From positions 3,001 to 67,000 of the forward strand of contig MU619329.1 of the NCBI GenBank assembly GCA_025201805.1: DNA of 64,000 nt, in the 5' to 3' direction. Under the pieces are notes generated by a model. That model had not been told where the DNA came from, made no database searches, and saw only the letters and a list, made by a program, of their open reading frames with translations. Positions 26,091 to 39,946 of this stretch are shown here, piece by piece (within the stretch, counting starts at the first letter, position 1; each line of letters starts with the position of its first letter). Source of the stretch: Parasitella parasitica NRRL 2501. Its lineage: Eukaryota > Fungi > Mucoromycota. The position numbers and the translations under genes are program-made.

Positions 26091-26236
26091 GTGCTCTCTA
26101 ACCTGAAGAAGAGTTTTTGGTTGATAAACTAGTTTTGAGAGCGTCAGTTAACACAGGAGGTATTGTATCGGACCCCTCAATTGATAAGCTCTTGTAACGA
26201 GCCAACTCCGATGTAATTAGCTGCTTCCCTACAGCG
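26091..26236 (+). ncRNA. candidate box H/ACA snoRNA in a probable 5'-UTR intron of the AP-2 mu gene
   Basis: Hairpin 1 GTGCTCTC(26091)/GAGAGCGT(26137); ANANNA-type ACAGGA at 26153; hairpin 2 TTGTATCGGA/TCCGATGTAA; ACA at 26231. A polypyrimidine tract and CAG acceptor follow at 26271. Confidence 0.45.
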
Positions 26237-26289
26237 ACTCTGTTAAAATCTCTCTTTTCTTTTCTTCCCAGCAGGTTTGTTTTTAGGCA

Positions 26290-27933
26290 ATGATAAGTGC
26301 TTTCTTTATTTATAATCAGAAAGGCGAAGTGCTTATATCTCGTTTATATCGCCATGACCTCAGGTAAGTGATAAACAAAACAAGGAGTGGTGGTTTTTAC
26401 TGAGCAAAAAATACACAATTAGACGCTCAGTAGCCGACATATTTCGCATCCAAGTTATCTCCAATACGGATGTCCGTTCACCCATTGTCACTTTAGGCTC
26501 GACTTCGTTTTTCCATGTTCGTCACGAAAACCTGTACATTGTTGCAGTTACAAAGTGGAATGCCAATGCTGCTTTGATTTTCGAGTTTTGTTATCGAGTT
26601 GTGAATATCGGCAGAAGCTATTTTGGAAAGTTTGATGAAGAGGCGGTCAAGAATAACTTTGTGCTAATCTACGAATTACTGGATGGTAAACCACTAGAAT
26701 ATATTCATTGTACATTTGATTCACTGTAAAAACAAAACACATTCACAATTAGAAATCCTCGATTTTGGCTATCCTCAAAACAGCGAAACAGATACACTCA
26801 AAATGTACATTACAACTGAAGGCGTCAAATCCGAAAGAGCAGCAGAGGATTCCAGTCGGATTACGATCCAAGCAACTGGTGCTATATCTTGGAGAAGAAA
26901 CGATATCAAATACAGAAAAAACGAAGCCTTCATCGATGTCATTGAGAGCGTAAACTTGCTGATGAGCAACACAGGCACCATTCTAAGAGCAGATGTAGCC
27001 GGCCAAATTTTGATGAGGGCATACTTGTCTGGTACTCCCGAATGTAAGTTTGGTTTGAATGACAAGTTGCTGCTGGATAAAGATTCGTTGAATCGTACCA
27101 CGTAAGGTGACAGGAAATGCTGATTGCCGTTCGCATGTTTAACCAGGGTGATTTTTAGAGCTCGACGAGCCAATGCAGTTGAAATTGACGACTGCCAGTT
27201 CCATCAATGTGTCAAGCTGGGCAAATTTGATAATGATAGAAGCATCAGTTTTGTGCCTCCGGATGGTGAATTTGAATTGATGAAGTAATGAATACACACA
27301 TTAGCAATAATGCGCATTTGTATAACCCAATAACTCCTTCTGTAGATATCGCACAACTGAAAATGTAAACTTACCTTTCAAGGTACATCCAGTTGTTACT
27401 GAAATCGGAAATACACGTGTGGAATATAAGATCAGCGTCAAAGCCAATTTTTCACCAAAACTGTATGCCAATAATGTGGTATTGAAGATTCCCACTCCTT
27501 TGAATTCGGCAAAGGTTGAAGTGAAAGTAGGATCAGGAGGTAAAGCAAAGTACGCACCGTCTGAGAACTGTATTATTTGGAAGTAAGTTCTTTTCTTGTG
27601 TGCTTTAAATCATTCTGATTTTGTTCATGATGGATTAGGATCCCCCGCTTCCAAGGTCAAGCAGAGTTTAATCTAAGCGGCGAGGCAGTGTTGTCCTCAA
27701 TGACACATAAACGTGTCTGGTCAAGACCTCCAATATCTATGGATTTCCAGGTTTTAATGTTTACTTCTTCAGGTTTGCTAGTAAGATTCTTAAAAGTGTT
27801 TGAAAAGAGCGGATATCAGTCTGTCAAATGGGTGAGATATATGACAAAAGCAGGATCTTATCAAATTAGAGTAAGTCATTCTAACAAGTGCAAAACAAAA
27901 CCCTGACTAATTGATTTGCGTTGATAGTTTTAA
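26290..27933 (+). CDS. APM4: AP-2 adaptor complex mu subunit; multi-exon
   Basis: [81 protein letters not shown]. Confidence 0.95.
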
Positions 27934-28139
27934 TCAAGTTTTTAAACCAAATCTAACGTATACTTACCATACCCTTTTCACTTGATAAATTAAAACCTTA
28001 TTTTCAAGGGAAATTGGACACCCGTCGCGAACATCTACTTGATACGTTTAAAAAATTTTCTAGTCTCTTGAACATTTTGCTCCTTTTTCTTGCATTAAAG
28101 TATAGATCTTTCGACCTTCCATATTCTTAAACTCCATTA

Positions 28140-30013
28140 ATGAAAGATATATACTGCATGTCGACAACAGATATTGAAGAATGCGTTTATAGTAAACGAT
28201 TATACCATTCTGACCAATATCATTTGGTATCAGAAAATGAAAAAATTAGAGTTCAAGAGCGATTGTTAAAATGGTATCAAGCAGAAAAGAGAACCAACAT
28301 GCCATGGAGGAAAGAAAACGATGAAAGTTGGGATGCCAAGGTATTGCTTTTCTCCCCAAGTAATTCTTTGATTTAACAATCAAATATATGATTAGGCATT
28401 AGGACAAAGAGCATACGAAGGTAAAAAGAAAAAAACAGGTACAACTGTCAAATTCCACTTGTTAATTTTTTTTTTTTTTTTTTTTTGGCAGTATGGGTTA
28501 GCGAAATCATGCTTCAGCAGGTATTATTTGACAAGCATCCAGAGGAAATACAGGCATTAGGCTAATTGATATATACAGACACAAGTAGCTACGGTTATTG
28601 ATTATTACAATCGATGGATGACAGCATTTCCAACGATTCAGAGTCTAGCAAATGCGGATATCGAAAAAGTGAACTCATTGTGGGCAGGATTGGGGTATTA
28701 CTCTAGAGCCAGGAGACTTTGGGAAGGTGCTCAAAAAGTGGTGCATCAGTTAGGTGAATTACTGCCAAACAATGCCAAGGAGTTACAGAGTGAACTACCC
28801 GGCGTTGGCAGATATACTGCAGGAGCTATTGCTTCAATTGTATTTGGTGAGGCAACGCCTGTTGTTGATGGAAATGTGATTCGGGTCATCGCAAGATGGA
28901 GAGCAATTCATGCAGATCCCAAGAAAAGCAAAACAGTAGAATTGTTTTGGTAAATACATACTTTGTTCTAACAAATTGCCACCGTGCTCTATTGACCTTG
29001 AATTAAAATTAGGGACATTGCTGCTAGTATTGTACCTGCATCGAATCCTGGTGATTTCAACCAGGCAATGATGGAATTAGGTGCTCAAATTTGTACTCCA
29101 CAAAATCCTGACTGCGTCAAATGTCCCATCGGAAGCGATTGCAAAGCTTTAAACCAGTTGAAGCATGCACAGGAACTATCAAAAAATGGTTTTTTTGACG
29201 AGAAAAAGAAAAAGAGAAAGGCGGTAGACAATGAACATAGTGAGATCCATTTAATAATGTACGCAATGACGATATTCACGCATTTTTAATCTAGATTGCT
29301 CTGCCTGTCACCAACTGCCAAACGATTTGGAAGAAGATGCATATGCAGTGACAAGATATCCTTTAAAAATCGACAAGAAACCACCCAGGGATGAAGGTTA
29401 GTTTCTTTGTATCTTTTATTCATGAGTAGCCTACTCAAAAGTCTACGGCTTGTAGAATGCGCTGTTACGATCGTAGAAAGGACAATATCCGAAGGCACCG
29501 ACTCATTATACCTAATATCCAAAAGACCAGAAACTGGCCTCTTGGCTGGTCTTTGGGAGTTTCCCAGCCTTGAATTAGACTCGTTAAACACTGACTATAA
29601 AGAAAGACTGAGGAAATCAACCGAATTCTTAATAACGAAATACCACTTGGATTTGAATCAGTCAGCTAGACATGATTTGGGAAACGTTATACATTTGTTT
29701 TCACACATTCGAAAAGTGTACCATGTTGAATGGATCCAATATAAAGATGACTTGGACTTAATGGACATAGATGAAAGACAAGTCAAATGGGTGACCTTGA
29801 CAGAACTGAAAGCATCTCCAATTCCCACTGGGTTGAAAAAAGCTTTGAAATTACTAGAAAAATTCAAGGTAATGAGGCTCTTTTAAAACATATTGATTCT
29901 TAACTAATACACATCTCAAGACTACAACATCTATACCTCTGACGAAGAAAAGTGTTGTTAAAAAGACTATAAAGACCGCTGATATAGGCTCATTTTTTGT
30001 GAAAAAACCTTGA
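28140..30013 (+). CDS. MUTYH: A/G-specific adenine DNA glycosylase; multi-exon
   Basis: [23 protein letters not shown], Hh[15 protein letters not shown], Fe-S cluster [22 protein letters not shown]-like [10 protein letters not shown] and HLFSH. Confidence 0.95.
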
Positions 30014-30294
30014 ATTTGTTAACATTCTTTTGAATCATATTATTTATTAAAATCTCATTGACTGTGTTGCGATATCTCATCTTAGATTAACAGATGGGAT
30101 TTAGCTGCCTGAGCTTGTGGCCTTGCTGAATTGCAGCTGATGTTTTGCTTTATTATATCTGTGAGGGAGAAATGCCTCACTTGACCGGGCGCTCAAATGC
30201 TTGGATGATCGTTGTGACCTTCTGGCATCCATTAACAGGAAGAAGGAGACCGTCTATTTTCTACTAATCTCAAGTTTGATAACTCTATTGCACA

Positions 30295-32424
30295 ATGGAA
30301 CAAGAAAATACAGGTACAATCAACCAAAGATAATTACAATGCCAAAAATCCTTACATGTTTACTTCAGTTAAGGTGACACGCCTTGTTGTGTTTGCTTTT
30401 TGGAGTGTTGTGCTATTAGGCTTGCCCTTCTGGTGGAAAACTACGGAAGTCTACAGAGCTAGTCTGCCTTTTTCAGAAATAGATTCATGGCAAATCAAAC
30501 AGGCAAGCAGTATTGAAAGCTGCACAATTGTGTCTATCTCTAATCAAATAACCATAATTAGGCTTGTGATTTTGTTATGCCAACCAAATTCACCGTTTTT
30601 ATACCTTCCTCTTTTCAAAAATCAATTGATAACAATCAATTATCAACAGAAATCAAAGCCAAATTAGCGGATAAACTATCCAGCTTCAACTACAAAGATA
30701 ATTTTCCCATCGATATTTCTGTTCATGAGCAAGGTTAGATTCCAGAGCAGTCAGATGTTTTGTGTTCTCACCAACAAACATGTGTTTAGTGAAAGTGAAG
30801 GGCCATGAGGAAGCAACTATTGGACATTACTTTATCTACGTTGATCAAGCTGACAAGATAAGCCTTGGAATTGGGAGTGAGAGGTCTAGTTTTCTTAAAG
30901 TCAACGACATGACAACCAGTAAATATGCAGTAGTTGACTTCGGCAGAATACTGTATTTACATTCAATTTTTAGGTAGTATCGCAAGTACGCTAGCCACTG
31001 TAATTCCGCCAGTGTATTTGAGCGAATATGAAGATTTAGGAAACATGGCATGTCATTTTGAAGAAAAGGACAAGGTATATACTTTTGCAGCTAGAATAAT
31101 GCAAGTTACTAAAGAAGGCACGACAATAGAATGACGTTTCGAGCATGCGAGCCTTCAAATACTCTTCACAATACGAGACTACATTCAGTCTGATGAATAA
31201 TAACCCTGAAAACATGAAAATGGACTGGGAGATTCGCGACGCTGTCAATTCATACCTTTCTTTGTTCTTGAAAGAGGTCTCAATTGTCTCAAATTTCACT
31301 ATTGATTCACAGGTATAGGCTAATGAATTTGTATTATATTACCAGTAGCTCATGTCGCATTGCTATAGATCCAAAACTATGCGCCACTATCACTGAAGCC
31401 TTATTTCAAAGCAAGAGTAGGAAAGCCCGATTATTATTTCTTTGAGCCTCAACATTTGCCTCATTTTGTGAATTCAGCTGAATGGAATTTAGGTGAGAAA
31501 TTTTATCTACAAACAATTTACAGCTATGCTGAATCTTTCAAAAACAGCATCTACAATCACTTCATACCCTAGTATAAATTTTATACTGTACGTACCGTCT
31601 GCAGAAGAAGCACCCCTTCGCATACATGACTCTAAAGGTAAACATCACTCTGATCAACACGGCCGGCCAGATACTGATACTTTAGTATAGGCCAACCGTT
31701 ATTAACAAGCGCATTTCTCATTCCTCGCTGGGGTGGTATTGTCATAAAAAATCCACCAAAATCAGCTACAGACGAGTACACATTTACCAAGAAGGATCTT
31801 CAACCTATCATGAAGATATTCCTTTCCCAACTGCGAAGTTTGATTGGTATTCATGATCTACAAAGCCAGATTTCAAACAAATTTGTAAGTAGCCTGCATC
31901 TGGACTGATTTAAACCTTGTATATTTATATTTGTATGTAATCTCATGCAATTATAAACATAGCCTGCCAATTATCATGTAACATTTGAGCCTGCCACTAA
32001 GTCTGGTATTACAACATTAGAAAAAGACAACCTGATTCGCTCTAGAACAATAGAAAACGTTGTCAACACCATCTCCACATTAAAATCCTTGGCGCAATTA
32101 GTCGATGAGATTCCCAACATGGTTGTGGAGGATCATATCAGTATCAAGGTGCGCCAATCTCTGGATGCATTGGATTCAGTAAGTATGGCTTTGAGTAAGG
32201 TCAGTTATATCGAGGCGCTGCAGAGTTCAATTGAAACGGTTGAGCTGGCAGAGAAGGCCTTTTTTGACCCCACTATGGTTTCGATGCTTTATTTCCCTGA
32301 CGAGCACAAATACGCTATTTACATGCCATTGTTTGTGCCCATCTCGGTCCCCTTGATTATGGCTTTGTTGAAGGAAATCAAGAAGTTGAAACAGACAAAA
32401 AATATCAAAAAGAAGGAAGAATAA
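30295..32424 (+). CDS. GPI17: GPI transamidase subunit PIG-S/Gpi17; multi-exon
   Basis: LGLPFWWKTTEVYRASLP, LPHFVNSAEWNL, FLIPRWGGI, AFFDPTMVSMLYFPDEHKYAIYMPLFVP. Confidence 0.93.
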
Positions 32425-32825
32425 ATTTCATAGATTACGGTCCTACCATTATTAGGTTTTTGGGGAAGCAATACTACATACATTGCTACGCTAATTTTGC
32501 TTTTAATTCGATTTTTTTGAGGATTGAGCTTACCGTCATTGAATTACTTGTTTTTTGGGATAATGATATTTGGCTTATCTAAATGATATGAAAAATGCAG
32601 CAGTGCAATACAAACTCTGATCTTTTTGTAATTACATCAAATCCTGTGTCAAACGAAAGCATAAATCATATGAGAATAACAGGGTTCATATATATTTATG
32701 TAAACAGTTATAAAAATGTCATTAGTACACGTGAGAAGAAAGAAAAAAGGTTTTACAGGAAGAATAAAGCAGAAAAGAAAAAGAAAAAAGCAAAAGAGAT
32801 GGATCTATGTCAAGAAAATTTTAAG

Positions 32826-34925
32826 TTATGCATCCTTTTTTGTGGGTTTATAAACACCAAATCTATAGTCGAGATCTAACAACATCTTAAGTGCATTTGT
32901 GGAGCGAAGAGTAGCTCTTTGTTCAATCGACCGCGTCGGATCAGCAGAAGAGGTGGTGGCAGTTGAAGCAGTGTTTGCAGCAGTTCCATGACCAGGAAGA
33001 GGAAGCATTTGATGTAAGAGTTCGTACACAGTCAAAGTAACACCAAATTGAGGAGAAGAACGGAAAATACGAGCAGGTCCACCTTTGAAGAAGGCCTTGA
33101 AACCTTCCTCTGCAAAAATCTTTCTAGCTGCATCAGCGATACCAGTATATGTAGTTTGACCTTTACGAGCTTCTACTTGCAAACGGGTCTTGATAACATC
33201 GGCAGGAGTTGTGAAATAAGCAGCGGGCATACCAGCAATGGCACCAGCCATCAAAAGTTCAGAAACGGCAAGCTTATGATCGGGACCCTCCTTGAAGAGA
33301 TCCTTTTTCAAATGTGCATAGGCAGGAAAATAGATAGCAGAAAATGGCACATCTCTCAAAAGACATGCAGCAACACCCTTATACAAACCAACAATACCCA
33401 AATGTTTGACAATCCAAACTGCAGATCTTCGAGGAGCAGCATCAGCAGATAAGTTCTTTGCTTGTTCACCCTGAATTTGAAGGCGGATTTTAACAATTTC
33501 CAAAGGATTAGTGAACACAACTTGAGAAGCACCAGCAGCACCACCAGCAGCCATTTCTTGCCAAAAAGTAATTTCTCCATTTTGTTTACTAGTAAATCTG
33601 CTGCGAACAAAATCGTTTACAGTCAATTTGATAGCTTTCTCAGGAGCGACACCCTATGCAAAAATGATTTTGTAATAATGAATAACCCATTTCTCTCTCT
33701 CTCTGTTACACATAATCTTTTTCAGCACACTTACCACAAGCTGAGGACCGAGGCCTCTGTATAAACCAGTAAATCCTTCGTTTTTCAAAACTTTCTTGAA
33801 ACAATCTAGACTGTTTTTGTACAAGAGCTCGCCAACAACTTTTGATCTTTGATTCTGCATACGAGTTTTGACCAGATCGATGGGGTATACGGCAGTCGCA
33901 CCTACAGCACCAGCAATGGAGCCGAGAGTAAAAGAATACATGCTTTCAACAAGCTGCCAGATAGCACCTTTGTTTGGTTGCTGTGGGTGATCAACGTGGA
34001 GATCCTTGGTTTTATCCAGGTCCTTTTGCAAGACAGTCCAACGAGGATCCAAAACACGAGCAAAGTCATCCAAGCCGAGCACACCAGAATCATCGTCTAC
34101 ACCAGCAAAGTGGAAAATAACGTCAACTTCCATAGGGGTAAATGCGGTATATCTGCTGGCTTCATGAGCGTGTTTCAGAAAGTCTGATTTTGTAATCTTT
34201 TGGTTGGCGTTATTTTCGATAGCTTTGCGAATGACCAATTCAACCATATCAATATTACGGATAACATTGTGGAATGCAACTACAGAAGAGAAGCTAATCT
34301 TGTTGCCACTGTATAAATTGCACAATGTAGGTAAATGGTCAATAACATCATCTGATAGTTTGTGTTTTGCGACGTCCAAAATGATCTTTTTGAAATCCTC
34401 GGGCTGAATGAAACCAGATTGCTCCTTGTCATAGTGCTTGAATTCTTGACGAAGACGCTCACCTTGTAAACCCTTGATCAACTGTGTAAACTCTTGATAG
34501 CTGAGTTCATGATGACCTTCCCTGGACCCAATGTACAACTTTAACCAATCGCAATCAAAATCAAAAGGAACGGCGTCAGCAGGCATGTTGCTCGAGAGGA
34601 CACTTTTAAACTGATCAAAAGTAACTTTGCCAACACCATTCACGTCAAACACACGGAAAGCCACCTCGTATTCGGCATCAGGCTTCGACAATAAATCTTC
34701 AAATATAACAAAATCATCAAATGAGACAAAGCCTTTACTGTTTTTATCAGCCAATTTGTACAGAAGCTCGAATTGTTCACGTTGAATCTTCTTGAAATCT
34801 TCTCCAGGTGCAATAGCAGACAAAAAGTCATCCTTGGTCATAAATTTCTCACCTTCCTTGTCCAAGGAGGCATACATATGATATGTACGGCGATAGTGTT
34901 CTAAACGACTTACTGTATCTGCCAT
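32826..34925 (-). CDS. AGC1: Ca2+-binding mitochondrial aspartate/glutamate carrier (aralar/citrin type)
   Basis: N-terminal EF hands, then three carrier repeats ([30 protein letters not shown]; RSSPQFG); one intron near 33655-33733. Confidence 0.95.
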
Positions 34926-36051
34926 ATTCTCGAAAATTAGGGGGCTGAAAAAGGTACAAAGAAATGAAAGAAAGAAAGAAGGGAGGAAAAGAAGAAAGAA
35001 AGTTTTTTCGTTACTAATACGCTTCACAAGGACTCACACTTGCACTACAAATTTAAAGGTACACAAAGAGGGGGAGAGCCCAAAAATAACCATGAAATTT
35101 TTTCGTGCACGGAAACATCGGAGGGATGACAAACACACACCAATAAAATCTATCATCCAAAAGCGACATCAAACGCTTTAAACTAATCCATGATTCAAGA
35201 TACATTGACTGATACTCAATGGATTTATATTCTGGAAAGAGCCAATTGCTATGACAACTGGATAGTTTTTTTTTTTTTTTTTTTTCAGTTGTGTCGCCAA
35301 CATATATAAGATACAGAGTATGAAGGAACGAGCGGCTACAGGAGCATGTGAATATGCTATTCAAAAACAAGTGGGGAAATCAAATAATCTCCCGAGTAAC
35401 CTTAAAACAAAAGAAAGCTCCTTTTGATACATGTATTAGTCAAGAAAATACCACTTTGTGGTTTATGAAAAAAAGATCATCAAATATCTGTATGACCAAG
35501 ATATTCCGGAAAAACTCATCAATTATCATAATTTTACCGTCTTGAACGTAAAATGATATACTTTTACTGATACACGTGGCAAATATCGGGTAACTAGACC
35601 ACGACCCCATATGACAATGTTTGACATTTTAAAAATATCTCTTTTTAATAGATGAAGACATTCTGTACCTGAAATTTCATGTAAAATAGGTTTGATATTG
35701 TTACAGCAAGTTCCTGTCATTGTTTGTTTTCATTTGTGTGTGCTTGCATGTGGAGTTTGCCCTGATTTTTTTTTTTTTTTTTTGTTTCTGTCATGTAAAA
35801 AGACCTTCTTATTTTAGTATTGAACCCTTTAGTAAGTGAGTGAGTGGTGCAAGATACTTCAGAGTACATTCATGAAAGCATGGTCTATATTTTAAAAACT
35901 CAAATGTGCTTTGTTTGTATATACAGAGATTATCACAACCCAGTGGGCTCAGACAATGAAAATCAGGAGTGTAAAAAAATTACTGCCCAAAGGGGAAATG
36001 GTTACAATTGCACCCGAGGAAAGCAAAGAAAAGGTTTATTTTAAGGGTTGA

Positions 36052-39000
36052 TTATTGTCCCTTTTTAGGCATCTTTTTCTTGTCATCAAGGTTGTCCAAA
36101 TCACTCTCTTTGTAATAGTGCGGGGCAACTAAAAACACATCAGTCAAAGCAAATCTTGTATTCATTCCAATCAACATACCATCTAATAGCCAAGTAGGTT
36201 GAATTTCCATGACCTGTCTCATATATTCTTTACTTGTCAGAACCAACTCGAAATAGACTACCCATTTGGGCTTTTTCTCCAGCATGCCACTGCTGGGATG
36301 AATATGAACTGTTTGATTCTGCTTCACCGTACGATAAGAATCGCCAGATTTGTTTAATCTTGCAGAATTAAAAAAGAAGCCAGATGTAATAGACTGTGTT
36401 CAGAACATTTAGTTTACTGTCTAAAGCATTCATAATTTTTTCTCACCTTCTGAATGGAAACAGGGTCGTTGGGATTAGGATTACTGACCAACTTTACTTC
36501 CACACGATCCATCAGCTGTACAAGCTGATCACGCACATTACGCACACGCTCTAAAGTCTTGACTTGCACAAAATTTTCATAGCACCATTGAACCGAAAAA
36601 TCAGTTTCAACCCATTGATTCCAGATATTAAGTAATGTCAAATGATCTCCACCTGGTTTCACTAAGTTTTGATGTGCTGTATCCGCAAGAATTTTCTTAT
36701 CTTTTGGTCGGTATAACAATGAACTTTGCTCTGATAACATAGCACAAATGGAGACAACTTCATCTGTACACTCATATTTTTCAGCAGCTACAATAGCCTT
36801 CGAAAGACATGGATCCATAGGAAATTCAGCCATTCTTCTTCCTAATTTCGTCAGTTCTGCTCTATCATTTAAAGCGCCCAAGGCATACAATTGACTGAGT
36901 GATCGTATCATAGTATCTTCAACAGGTGGGTCCAGAAAATCAAAATTGACCAGATCATTAATACCCAAGCTCTAGCATCAACGGGTTTAGCATGTATCAT
37001 CTTTTTGGATTTATCATGTAAAACCAACCTTTAGTAGCAAGACAACATTGGATAGATTGACTCTTTGAATTTCAGGCACTGTATTTTCCTCCATTTCATT
37101 GTAAAATGCCCATTGTGTAAACAGACGGAAGCATTTGCCAGGGCCAGTACGACCTGCTCGACCTGCGCGTTGTGTTGACGATGCACGAGAGCAAGGCACA
37201 ACTGTCAAGGCTTCCATACCAGTTCTTGGGTTAAATGTCTTTTGCTTGTTGAATCCAGGATCAATAACAAACGATACACCATCCACCGTAATTGAGGTTT
37301 CTGCAATATTCGTAGCCAAGATAACCTTACGAGCCCCTTCAGGTGTAGGTTCAAAAATTCGAGATTGCTGTTCAGAAGGTAAATTTGCATAGATCGGACA
37401 AATCATAAGCTCTGATATCTTGCTGCCTAAGGATTTGCATGCTTGAGTTAGACCTTCCTGTGCTGCTTCAATTTCATCTTGACCCTAAACGTCCTTATGC
37501 ATGAGACGATTGTGTATGCGTATTTATATAAAGAGATTAAACTTACAGTTAAAAACACAAGAATATCACCTTTGCCTTGAGTGACATGGATGGTCAATAC
37601 CTGAGTAATAGCAGCACGCAAGTAATTTGCCTCGGGCGCTTTTGTGTAGTAAATTTCAACAGGATATGGACGGCCTGGAATATTGAAGATAGGAGCATCA
37701 TCGAAATACTCAGAAAACTTTTGAGCATTCATTGTCGCGCTAGAGATCAATAATTTCAAATCAGGCCTGAAGCGAGCAATATCTTTGATCAATCCAAACA
37801 AGATATCAGTGGAGAGCGTTCTTTCGTGTGCCTCATCGATAATCATGCAACTATAAGAGGCCAAATCAGGCTCTGTCATGAATTCACGAAGAAGCATACC
37901 ATCTGTCATATATTTGACACATGTCTTTTCCGATGTGCAATCTTCAAAACGGATGCTGTAGCCAACCTCTTGACCCATCAAGACTCCCATTTCTTCAGCA
38001 ACACGAGCAGCTACGCTCATAGCTGCAACACGCCGAGGCTGAGTGCAGCCAATCTTTTTGCCATGTTTTGTCAATCCGTGTTCGTACAAATACTGGGGAA
38101 GTTGAGTTGTTTTACCAGATCCCGTTTCACCCACAATAATAAGAACTTGATATTCGTCGATAGCAGCCAATAAGTCATCACGGTATTGGTAGATGGGCAA
38201 TGATTTCCTAACTTGCTCAATGGATTGAGCTTTTCTTTCTGCCGCATCAATACGCTCTAGTAACTCGATATCCTTTGGATCAGGTTCGTTTAATTTTGCA
38301 GCCATGACAAAGTCAATTTTCTGATCTTCGTCAAAGACATAATCGTACTCATCCTCTACATCTTGTGCGGCTAAATTTTTTGCGGTAGCCTTCTGGATTT
38401 GAGACTTTTCCCAGATGTCATGTTCTGTTTCAAAATTTTCCTCTTCTTCGTAACGTTTATACAAGGCACTTTCCTTCTTTTTGCGATCAATTTTGCCTTT
38501 TTCTGTGATATAATCTTCGGGCATCATGTAGCCATCTTCCTTGGTATCGATATTCATGCGGGCCTTTGCTAGACGAAGCACTTCTTTCTTGTACTCTAAA
38601 TCCTTGATCTCTCGTCTAGTCATTTTCTGTCCACTAAAGAAACGCTCTTCGTCAGCAATTTCTTGCTCTAAAAGCGCCAATTGCTGCTCTTCACGATATT
38701 TCAGGTACTGTTGATTAGATCGAATTCTCAATTCAGGTAATGCTTCTTGTCGAGCTTTCTTGTCGTCGGCCAAATTACGGCGCTTTTGCGCTTCACTGCC
38801 TTCTTTGGCAGATCTGTCCTCTACAAGCTTTTTAGTTCGCTCCTTGTCCTTATCTTTGAGTCTTTGTGCCAGTTCGTCACGCTCTTTGATGTCCTGTAAA
38901 CGCTCTAATTCTAATTGTCGTTCTCTTTCCTCCTCTGAATCTTCGTCTTCATCTACAGGACAGTTGGTAACGGTTACATTTATTCAATTTTCAGACACTT

Positions 39001-39578
39001 ACGCTTCTTATATCTGCTGCTTTCTGTCATCTTTACTTCTGTGTCATCATCGCTTAAATCGTCCTGTCTTCTCTTTTTGCGAAGCTTCTTTTCCTTTTTA
39101 CGAATACGATTCTCCTCTTCATCTTGTTCTTGTGAGTTCGCAGGATCTTCCAAAACAACTTTAAATGCTTCGTTGGCTTTACGAAGTTTAGCTTCTTCTT
39201 TCAACTCTTTTTTACGCTGTGCTTTCTCTGCTAATGCGGCAGCGGCGACAGCGGATTTACTTTGCTTGCGTGGGACTTTGTTGAATAATTCGAATGCGAA
39301 TTGTTGTGTGGCAGCATCGCTTGGGGCACCTGTATTGACTAGTTTTTGATACAATTCTTGTGGAGAAGAAGCCTTTTGTGCTATTTTCATGCAATTAGCT
39401 TTTATTCGACGGAGGCTTTCTATCCATTTTACCTGTGGCAATGATAAAGTCTACTATGGTAGTCTCGGACATACCTAAAAGCTAGAAACGTATAGCTGAG
39501 TTGTATGCTTCAATAATTCTTCTACGCATTTATTATTACCTTCATGGTATTATCAGATACCCAAGAGTGTAAGTCCAT
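36052..39578 (-). CDS. PRP2: pre-mRNA splicing DEAH-box helicase Prp2/DHX16; multi-exon
   Basis: N-terminal [62 protein letters not shown]2 and OB-fold exons. Confidence 0.92.
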
Positions 39579-39946
39579 TTTCTTTGACTGATCCTTAAAA
39601 GTTAAAAAGTAAAGACATTGCTAACTTGAAGTTATCACAAGAAAACCTTTCTCTTGCTTACAGTGACTGGCTTAAAGGCATCTGTAACTGCGGTCGTAAG
39701 CTGTCAAAGCATGGAAATGGCATTATGAACATCACTTTATATGAACATGCAAATTCCATTGATAAAAATTAACTTCTGCATGTAAGAGAAAGAACTTAGA
39801 CTGTCCAAAAGTATTGAAATCGACGCTTATCAGGTAAGAAGATCTTCGTCATACACTAATATCAGATGCGAAATGTTTATATAAAGAATGAAGCTCCTAT
39901 CCTGCTTCTGCAAAATTTATTCCTGAATATGTACATGTTGTCAAAC

